From contig OX597818.1 in NCBI GenBank assembly GCA_951406725.2, positions 38,192,001 to 38,256,000 on the forward strand: DNA of 64,000 nt, written 5' to 3'. Source of the DNA: Octopus vulgaris (taxonomy: Eukaryota). The position numbers were made by a program, and so were the translations under genes. The notes under the pieces are model-generated. The model ran no database searches and was not told where the DNA came from. It saw only the letters and a program-made list of their open reading frames with translations. Positions 53,480-64,000 of the stretch are shown here, one piece after another (position 1 is the first letter of the stretch; the number at the start of each line of letters is the position of its first letter).

Positions 53480-54873
53480 CAGGGGGGGGGCTGCCTCAAA
53501 ATTTTGAAAAAAATACTATATAAAGGCAGGAATTGCAATTTATAACAAATGGACACATTTTCATGTATTCTAACTTTGTTGTAGCAGAACATATGCATAT
53601 GAAACAGTAATGCTGTGAAACTGCTGGAAATAAAACAATGTAGTGAGGTGAGAGGGAGAGATGTAACATAAGAACCTCAAGTGTTTTCAACTGTTACATT
53701 GCTTATATTAATGCTGAAGGGAATTCTGAATCTCTGAATTTTTTTGTTGATCTCACCAATAATGGAACAATACATTACATATATATATCATCATCATTTA
53801 GCGTCCGCTTTCCATGCTAGCATGGGTTGGATGGTTCAACTGGGGTCTGGGAAACCAGATGGCTGCACCAGGCCCAGTCTGATCTGGCAATGTTTCTACG
53901 GCTGGATGCCCTTCCTAACGCCAACCACTCCGTGAGTGTAGTGGATGCTTTTTACGTGCCAGGCGAGACTGGCAAACGGCCACAATCAGATGGTGCTTTT
54001 TACGTGCCACCGGCAAGGAGGCCAGGCGATATATATATTTACACATAAACATCTATATATACATAGATGCAAATAGAGATGTGCAGTCTATTCTGGATTA
54101 ACAACCTGGATGTTAGTTCTAACTTTGAAGAATTTGCTTTTGTAATCCAAGAGCAGGAAATAGACAAAATATCTTTTTTAATGGCCTTGCGGGGTGACTG
54201 GGGAAATACAAAGATGTGCATGACCACCCTTGGACGGTTTTGAATGACCATAGAAAGTGCGAGCCCTATAACTGAAAAATTGTGGATTTGTATAAAGGAC
54301 ACACACACGCAGACATTTTGCCGTTTATATATAAAGAGATGAATGATATTTATTTAAGCAACCACTCGATGTCAAGACAAGGAGACACAACCATACATAT
54401 ATACATACAGCAGGATTTTTTCAGTTTTTGTCTATCAAATTTAAACTCACAAGGTTTTAGGCCAGCCCAAGGCAATAGCAGAAGAGACATGCAATGGGAT
54501 TGAACCCTAAACCATATGGTTGGAAAGCAACATACACACACAAGCACACACATATACACATCACTCTTGCTTGCAGTTGGTGTAGGATGCCAAATGAAAA
54601 CCAGTGCCTTTTCCAGGAGAAAAAAGAAAACGGTGCAAATATGCACACACATTCAACATTTGCTTTTTCGTGCTCACTTGGGTTAGAAAAGTACATATCA
54701 TTGAGGTATGTCTTGTAGTCAAACTCCCTTCTTGTACTAACCCTTGCTTGTTTTTCAAGCAAGGGATTTTCGTATTCCACACATCTTCAAAAGATGTATT
54801 AGCTGATGAAATTGTCAACATTTACCATTACACCAGAGTACAAAATGCAAACATTCATAGTCCCTCATTCTTC

Positions 54874-54914
<41 letters not shown>

Positions 54915-55112
54915 GGTTTGATACAGTTTCTGTTTCAAACTTACAAGGCAGTGGTCAGCCAGAGACTTCAGTGGAAGACAAGAATATGCACTAAATAATT
55001 CTCATATGCAATCCCAAATATTGTAATCAAATATTTTTGAGAAAGCACATTCACACTTACGTGTGTGTAAAACAAAAAAGAAGTAAAAAAAGGAATGTGA
55101 AAATTAATTTAC

Positions 55113-55254
55113 ATCAAGATAATTAGACAGAGGCTCTGGAACAGGACCTCCATATCTGGTGGAAACAAGAGGGTTGAGGTATTTCAACATTTCCATGGAG
55201 GTTCCCTTGCTCAAGAGATCATGTCGGACACTGGTCATCTTATGTAATTTGATT
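55113..55254 (-). CDS. CTSD: Cathepsin D exon 2 (propeptide)
   Basis: 142 nt: IKLHKMTSVRHDLLSKGTSMEMLKYLNPLVSTRYGGPVPEPLSNYLD. Confidence 0.95.
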
Positions 55255-58200
55255 CTGTAAGAAAACAAAGACAATGAAAGTGGTTGACAGAACATTTTTA
55301 GAAGGAAAATAAACAATATACTTAGAAGCAATAAAGCCAATACTGAAAATATCAATACATACAGCATTTGAAAAGCTGCATGGGAATTATTAGATTCACC
55401 CCAATTTCAGCAGCATACACTTGGAAAGGAGATAGTCTGAGACAAAATTAGCTTATAGGAGGTTCAACTTCACATATAGGTACCATGGGCTTTTTTTTTT
55501 TTTTTTGTATGCCATCAAAGACAGTAATTACTGTATACCAGTGAGTCTCAAACTGCTCCACAAGGGGTATCTGAATGCACTGCATACTTTAAAAATATAA
55601 TTAAAGGCTTTATAAAATCTATACTCATGCTTGAGAAAAAGTTTTGAAAAACACGTTATTGAACAACTTTGTTATACACAAGGTAGTGGTCAGCCAGTGT
55701 CTTCAGTAGAAGACACAAGAACATGCACTAAATAATCCTCATATGCAATCCCTAATATCATCAAATATATTTTTAATAAAGAAAGGCAAGCAATATTTTT
55801 CTGTATATTTTCTAAATTTTTCTTTTTTTAACTTTCAAACAATTTTCCATAACATTCCATGTGAATAGCACTAGTAAATTTTTTTCTCTCTAAAAGTTCA
55901 AAGTTAAAAATATTCAGAAATACTACTATAGATATTTGTGGTTCAGAAAAAGAGACTGATAGAATAAGTACTGGGGTTGATTAGTTGACTCAAATTTCTC
56001 ATGGTGGTGCTCCAGCATGGCTGAAGCAAAAAGAATAAAGGAATGTAGTAAATGGCATGTGTAAAAAGATTCGAGCAAGGTCATTGCCAGTACTGCCTGA
56101 CTGGCCCCCATGCCGGTGGCACGTAAAAAGCACCCACTACACTCTCGGAGTGGTTGGCGTTAGGAAGGGCATCCAGCTGTAGAAACTCTGCCAGATCAAG
56201 ATTGGAGTCTGGTTCGCCAGCCCTCAGTCAAAATCGTCCAGCCCATGCTAGCATGGAAAGCGGACGTTAAATGATGATGATGAATATGAGTTCAACAAGT
56301 TGTATTCATTGAGTGATGGTTTTTAAACGATAGACATCAATTAATTTCTCACTTTAAATTAATAAGGAAATTAGGTGTTTTTAAGAGCAGAAGTGATACA
56401 AATGACCTGAAACGACTGCAATCAAGAGGGAAAAGCATTTCTGGCAATGGCTAAACATACACTGTTGGCATAACAATAGAAGTCATTAAAATATAAACAA
56501 TGTAAAATATAAAAGGGTTTTTTTTTTGGTGGGGTGGGGGTTAAATAAATAATAGTTATGATTTTCAAAACAACACCATCAGCTGAAATCCTATTTTTAC
56601 AGCTTACATTACTGCAAAATATTTTCCTCGTGTCACTGGAAAATCATATGAAGTGTTTCAATCGTAATATTATTTGACAGTGAAATCATCATCATCATCG
56701 TTTAACATCCACTTTCCATGCTAGCATGGGTTGGACGATTTGACTGAGGGCTGGCGAACCAGATGGCTGCACCAGGCTCCAATCTTGATCTGGCAGAGTT
56801 TCTACAGCTGGATGCCCTTCCTAACGCCAACCACTCCGAGAGTGTAGTGCGTGCTTTTACATGGCACCGACACGGGGGGGCCAGTCAGGTGGTACTGGCA
56901 ACGACCTCGCTTGAATGTCTTTTCACGTGCCAGTAAGGCGACGTTGGTAACGATAACGCTCAAATGGTGCCTTTTACGTGCCACTGGCACGGAAGCCAGT
57001 TAGCCACTCTGGCAATGATCACGCTCAGATGGTGCTCTTAGCACCCCACTAGCACGGGCACAAGTGCCAGTAAGGTGACGCTGGTAACCATAATTGATGG
57101 CATAAAAGACACATAGTCATTTGACATACCCCAATTTCAACAGTGCATATTCAGGAAAACTCTCTTAACTTTAAACCGGCAGTATCTGGCCGAAATAATC
57201 TACTTGCTTTATCCTCAAACTGGCCAGATCCAGCCTTTCACACTTACAATACAATACTATTCTAAAAATAAACAATCATGTCATTGACATCTCACAGCTA
57301 CAAGGTAACACATGACTAATTCAAAGCAATGTGAGTAAATAAGCATTGCATTAAACAAAAGAAATCTGAATGCTCAAGAGCTAAAGTATATGGAAGACCC
57401 AATTTTGCATATTGGAGGACCCCAGTTGATTTCTTTGTGACATTCATTGAAAAATTTACATCTTATATGCTGCCAAATACTGGAAAAGTTTATAAGCAGG
57501 ATAAGCACAGAATATGAGAGAAGGGGGTGGTTAACTACATTACTAATAAAGATTAAAACAGTAAAACAATATACTGGACTAATAAGGACTATAATACTGA
57601 AAAGAAACTAACTTAGCAATAGCATTGCAATACAATTAAAATGAGGTAGTTGTAGATCATTATATAAATTTTTGGCAACAAATATTTGTCATAAGTTTGA
57701 GATTTTTTTTTTTTTTTTGAAAAAAGTTCAAGTGATGGCTACATATTTGGTGAAAGATCTAAGGTTAGAAATGTATATGAATTCAGTTGAGTAACACTTA
57801 TGTGCTAACCTGCCTTCAGCTAACTCATAGCAGCAGGAGTCAATTTGGAAAGAATTTTTTAGAAATTATTTTGAAAATTGTTTTCATCACTGCTTCATTC
57901 AGTTCATGAAAGACAATTGAAAATGCTATAAAATCAGTCCAGCCGCTCCACCACACCATTACATAAAAACATGTCACACACAGATGCTTTGTGCCTTGCT
58001 TTATTGATGTGACCATTTAATGAAATTTTCATAAATAAACTTGATACTAAAAAGAGGTAGAATAAATAGAATGAAATTCATGAAATAAAATAACCATTTT
58101 ATACACTACTTTGTAACTAATCTATAATAACGGCTATAACAAGCCAAGTAAAACTTTATGGTTACCCGATAGGCTAGTCAAATTTCCCTTCACTTATACT

Positions 58201-59105
58201 TCTATAACAGCTGGAATGCTACTGATCATTAAGTCTCCTCAATAATTATTGACCTGGGACTAAACAATGACAAACAAGGTTTACAGATTTAAAAAGCCAA
58301 CAAATCTCAGCATTATAAATATCAATGATTTAGCATCATTCGATGAAGTAGTGACTCTTTTATTGGTTTCAGCCACTGGACTATAGCCTTGGTTATTTTA
58401 GACTGGTATAAACACACACACACAGTTTCCATATATCAAACTTCACTCACAAAATACTGGAGTAGTATTTGAACTCTAAGTGTTGAGGTAAGCTGCTACT
58501 CCAAAGTCCAAATAATTCCAACAATATCATCTCTGGTGATTCTGAATATTGCCTTGCTTCTGGAGAGATTTCATGCTGTCTACTAAAATTAATCTGTAGC
58601 ATCCCTCATATTAGGCCACATCCAATTGTCATTTTACAAAGGACATGCGTGCACACACACACACACATTGTGTGCATGTATTATATAAAATCCTCATTTA
58701 ACAACATGATCTATGCTGTGTATAGTCAACCACATCGTTTCAGGTTCAAATCTCACTGTGTAGTACTTTGGACAAGTGTCTTCAACTGGGCCCACCAAAG
58801 CCTTGTGAATGAATTTGGTAGATAGAAACTGAAAGAAGCTCATTGTGTGTATGTCTGTGTATTTACATTTCCATTCTATGAAAACTGAAAGCTACAAAAG
58901 CGTTGTCATTTCTCTGTCCATTTGCTTTTCAACTTCAAAGACATTAGTAAATGATCCCTTACTTGAAAACAGGTAATGGTTATTCACAGGAAGGGCATTT
59001 GGCTGTGAAACATTACCTCAATAATATATTCAACTAATCCATGCGAGCATTGAAAAATAGACATAAAAAACATATATATATATATGTACACACTCACACA
59101 CACAC

Positions 59106-59169
<64 letters not shown>

Positions 59170-62100
59170 TTGAGGATCCACCTTCACAACTCATCACCAC
59201 AATTTTATCTTTCTTTTCAGCTTTACCTTGTTACGCCTATCCACTCTTCTATAATGCAAACAGCTATCCTCTACAGCAAGAAACCCGTTCCAGCCCCTTC
59301 TTTCATACTTTGGCCTCTCATCTAGCATGGAGTTACCTCCCTCTCTACAGCAGCCCCATTCAGTTGCAGGGGCAGCTTAGTTTTGTGAGCTGCATGGCAA
59401 CCTTACCAGTGCTGGTGTCCCCACCCCCCAAAAAAACCCACCCATTACTGTGTAAAATGACTTGTGTTAAGGGCAGCCAACCATAGAAACCATGTCAAAG
59501 TAGGCAGTAGAGCACGATGCAGACCTAAACTCATGCTAGTATGGAAGATGGATGTTAAATGATGAAGATATTATAATGCTGGGTAATGTCATCAACCGGT
59601 TACCGTGGTCAAATAGTTTCGTTTTGAAGTGATCACAATAAGCGACTTCCACTGTGTATATCTTTATTTTTACGTTCTTTTTCTTTGATTACATGTTGAC
59701 GCAGTTTTTTAAGACCAGATGCCTTCCTTGTTTCCAACTACTTATTCATCTGAATTTCTAAACGAACCGCATTCCAACTGGATATGTTTTTATGGCTGAT
59801 GCAAGTGGCATTGTTTTTACGCAGTGTGTAAACAATGTCAAAATACAAACAAATATATCGACACGAAGGGCTTCTCTATAGTTTCCATTTACCAAATTCA
59901 CTCATCTGATTTGAGACGATAGAAGAAAACATTCTCATGGTGTCACGCAGCAAGAACCAGTGGTTGCGAAACGAACTTCTTAATCACACAAACAATTGCG
60001 TGCATACAAGCATATCTTAAGTAAAAATTATACTTTCATTATTAAATAGAGTATGAAAAATATTTGGTATAAACGTATACATGACAACACCCCACTTCAT
60101 TCTCTCTCTCTCTTACACACACCTCCATTTCATATATACGTACAGACATCTTTCACTTTAAAACTAAAGTAAAAAAAGTAATTTTATGAAAATAATCGAA
60201 CAACAGTGACATTTCTGCAAGTCAAAACGAAAGATGGTCAGAGTCATCCTTCGTTTTGACTTACAGAATTGTCATTTGGATCATGGCCAAATATTTTTTC
60301 AATGAAAATATTAAGCTATTTAAAAATTCTTTGATGACAATCACAAAAAAAAAAACCCAGACAACGTTAGATTTTACTTGTCTTCGACAATATAAAGCTT
60401 AAATCAAAATACATTGTTTCGTTTATTGGGGTAATAAGATTCAAAGCATCCAGTTACGACAGAGGCGCTTGGAATATGTCACCCAAATCCATTCTATCCA
60501 AAGACACAGAATCTGTGCGTGTGACAAATTAATTCATGGAAGGTCAAATCGCGATGCGACCACATTTTATCTTCAATGACATCAATGCAGCAAAAAGACC
60601 GAAATTGGCCTTGGCGCATCGTGGTACTGATTGATAATCTACTACTTTTCGCTTCAGTTAGACATTACAAACACTATTGATGTGGGAGTAAATCTTGTAA
60701 CAAACAGTTTTATCTCCTGTCATGCGAATCAGCGATCCATTCGCTCCTTATTTCTAACTCCTTTTAGTTTATTACTCGCGGCCTCGAGAAAACATGAACA
60801 CCACACGATCTCATACATCTGAGGTGAGGTTGTATGTGCATAAAAATCAATATTTCTAGGCTACATCAACAGACAACATAGAATACGCTGATTTATTTAC
60901 GTAGTTTCATATCGTTGCAGCCATTAGGTGGGGGGAAAAAAGAAGAAACGAGAGAAATTACGTAACAAAAAGTATTTTTCTTCGACACTCAGCTGCCTTG
61001 GCAAAAAAAAACTGGCAACTCCTAATTCTTGGAACAATAACACCTTACAATGAAATAGTTCAATTATCATTTTCGCATCATACAAAGGAAGCCAATCGAC
61101 CCTCAACCAGTAAAAGTAGATCCAGATCAAATTCATGCAAGAATAAATAAATAAATATACAATTTAAATGCATCAAAAACTTGGACATCCTTAATTTGTT
61201 GTTTAGCCCTAGGTCAACAGATTTACCAAAAAATCTCGTTCGTTCAAACGAATGCTTTTAAAGCATGAATGATGTGTCTCTCTTAAAAACGGTATGGTGT
61301 CATCAGAGGCTACTGACTTATTTCTTTCTAGAAAGCAAGTGATTACGTAGAGTTACCCCCATGTCCTTAATATCTATTAATTATAGATATGACGAAAACA
61401 AAATCTGTATATCATATTTTGTAGATCACAAAATATGTTGCTACCCTACACAAAATATTTCAAAAACAATATAGAGGTATGAGATTTTGTTCACGAAGAT
61501 GACTTTCTCAAATTAGTTCCAAAATCCGTTGCGAGTTTTTAAAAAAACATTTATTATTTCATACAATTAGTAAAACTTGTTTATTTATTTTACGTGGTTT
61601 TTCCGTGAAACCTGCGATGTGATTTCATTCAGTTCGATGAATCCAGCAGGTTTCTTTGTTCAATTTTAATGAGTCTTTCAGAAATAATTAGTAATTATTT
61701 ATTTAAAGCAACAAAGAAGAAATAAATATCACGTCTGAAATTATCAAATCCAATACATGTATTTACGTAGGTACCGTTATTTGTAATATAAATACATATA
61801 CGCATGTATCTTGTAAGTATAATCCTAGTAACAAAGTTTCTTATCAGAATATTTCCTTTGTTATTTGTAATAAATCAGCTGCACAATTATCTTTATAGTA
61901 ACGTCAGCCATTCACATTTATATTAGACGAAGGATTAGGAATGGATATTCAATGAATGACTCAAAAGTGTCCGTAAGATCGTGTGACCCAAGTTTGATTA
62001 TGCTTTGATCTCAATCTTAACACTTATCCAACATAAAATAATAAAGGAATGAGGTTAACGTTTATTTGGGAATCATGTTCTCGGTCACAACAGAAAAAAA

Positions 62101-62454
62101 TTGTGTACTTGATTTTGTCAGGCCTTCCTTTTAAGCTCAAATGCCCAACGAAACTATTATTTTCAACTGCATATAACATATAAGGTCGAAAAAAGATAAT
62201 AATAATAATAATAATAATAATAGTAAATAATAATAATAATAATAACCCAGGGTTTCAGGGTAGAATTTAACAGTTGTTAGAAGAAATGAGGCACATCATA
62301 ATTCAGTGCACCATACATCGGTCATGTGAAAGTGGTTTACAATAATAAATACTTGGTTTACAATAATAAATAGTTGGTTTATAATAATAAATATTGGTGA
62401 CAAGGCTGTCACCGATCTAAATTGTAACACGGGCAAAATAAAAAAATAGCTTAC

Positions 62455-62516
62455 CTATGAAGAGCATGGCAAGTGGCAAACGCCATGCAAATAGTAAGGA
62501 ATAGAAGAGATCTCAT
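62455..62516 (-). CDS. CTSD: Cathepsin D exon 1 (signal peptide)
   Basis: AACATGA start. MRSLLFLTICMAFATCHALH is a hydrophobic signal peptide. AG|GTAAGC donor; phase 2 joins exon 2 as ...LHRIKLHK. Confidence 0.9.
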
Positions 62517-63125
62517 GTTTACAATCGGGTGAATCTCAAGCCAACTGACTGAAAGTAATAGCTGAACAATCAGTTTATATATGGACGGTCGCCCGGTAAC
62601 CAGTATAAACCTATAACAATTACGCTCAGGAGATCAAGTTTCAAACCGGAAGAGGGTTGGTAAAGTGTCGTCTCAAGACTGAAATGAATTAAAGAAAAAA
62701 GAAAAAAAAAGAATCTTAAAAAGTAAAAAGATGTAAAAGTAACGTGATTAAAAGATTTTAAAGTTACAAAGATCGTTCCGTTAGAGATAAAAAATATATA
62801 TATATATATATATATATATGCCACTAATCTTTATTATTCATTTAATTATTTGTAAATTTTTATTTTTCAAAATGAAATAGATAATGATCTTAAATATAGA
62901 GACAGAAAGAAAAAAAGATAATGATTATAAATATAGAGACAGAAAGAAAAAAAAGAAGAATTATTCAAATATAAGTAAATACATATTAGAAAGTATGTGT
63001 ATATATACATGTTAATATTTGCACACATAAAAGGCAGTTAGATATCAAAACCTGCAGAGACATAGGGTATTAATTAATAACATCCCTTCATGTTCTGATT
63101 TCAAACTATGCCTGAATCACTTTTG

Positions 63126-63247
63126 GACAGAGGTAAAGAATACGTACATGACCCGTTTTCGGCGTAACAAAAACCTTAACCTTAATTCTAACCTTAAACC
63201 CTAACCCTAACCCTAAACACCGGGTGTACGTATTCTTTACTTTCGCC
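63126..63247. mobile_element. Small MITE with (CCCTAA)n core
   Basis: TIR GTAAAGAATACGTACA / TGTACGTATTCTTTAC; near-TSD CACTTTTG/CAATTTTG. A truncated copy lies at 26344-26407. Confidence 0.75.
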
Positions 63248-63530
63248 CAATTTTGTTTCATATCACCTGGCTCAATGAAATATTGGATCCGACTACGTTT
63301 TTGGTCGAAGTTTGAAATGTCAGCATTATGTGTTCATACTCAATGTGTGTGTGTGTGTGTGTGTATGTGTAAATATATATAGATGTAGTATGAACATGTG
63401 GTAAGTAGCTTGCTTACCAACCACATGGTTCCGGGTTCAGTCCCACTGTGTGGCACCTTGGGCAAGTGTTTTCTACTATAGCCTCGGACCGACCAAAGCC
63501 TTGTGAGTGGAAACTGAAAGAAGTCCGTCG

Positions 63531-63567
<37 letters not shown>

Positions 63568-64000
63568 ATGTATATGCTTGTGTGTCTGTGCTTGCCCCCC
63601 CCCCCCCCCCAACATCGCTTGACTTAGCTGTTCGGCAATAGAGACCGATAGAATAAGTACTAGGCCTACAAAGAATAAGTCGATTTGCTCGACTAAAGGT
63701 GGTGCTCCAGCATGGCCGCAGTCAAATGACTGAAACAAATAAAAGAATAAAAGAAAATATATATATATATATCGTTTGTAGAAAACATAAATCCGGAGAA
63801 GCACACTCTAAGATGTAGAGCAGTATATATTAAAAGTAGGGAAGGCCGGTTTATGGGATCACCCTGGGTTTCCTGTCCATAAAGGGTTTAGCTTTATGGC
63901 GATCGTCAGACAGCAAAACTTGTTCTAAGACCCCTTCAAAATATTAAGATATTTGAAGAGATTTTAGGCCAAGTTTTGGGGTCTGATGATACACCATAAA

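Noticed and set aside
55255-55367. Hydrophobic ORF-track N-terminus as cathepsin D signal peptide
   Set aside because: It is intronic T-rich sequence with a non-ATG start. A CAG acceptor lies at 55255-55256 and a proper signal-peptide exon exists at 62455-62516.
57613-57660. Alternative ATG exon for cathepsin D (MIYNYLILIVLQCYC)
   Set aside because: An in-frame TAA occurs before any phase-compatible donor.

Overview
AT-rich, microsatellite- and SINE-dense animal genomic DNA. The repeat families and genes suggest an octopus/coleoid cephalopod (inference). I assembled three spliced genes by hand, checking GT-AG boundaries and phase: (1) a minus-strand Death-domain + SEFIR/TIR-like adaptor (Act1/CIKS- or MyD88-like; CDS exons 10230->2826, running off the left edge); (2) SDHAF2 (+, 4 exons, 25886-39997, 150 aa); (3) cathepsin D (-, 9 exons, 62516->42086, 391 aa), convergent with SDHAF2. 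The rest is mostly nested transposon debris: several tRNA-derived SINE families, an RTE-related non-autonomous family, Helitrons, piggyBac-like and GG..CC MITEs, and fossil CR1, RTE, CRE and mariner fragments. Most ORF-track entries are repeat artefacts. The most striking observation is a short element joining a tRNA/Pol III head to a Penelope-type minimal hammerhead ribozyme motif, present once as a head-to-head dimer with a 12-bp target-site duplication (42392-42878). Other notable items are promoter-clustered GG..CC MITEs (most carrying telomere-type repeats), an insertion hotspot inside a piggyBac-like MITE, and a 30-bp intronic hairpin. No database searches were run. Family names come from motif recognition, and repeat boundaries are approximate unless a TSD is given.
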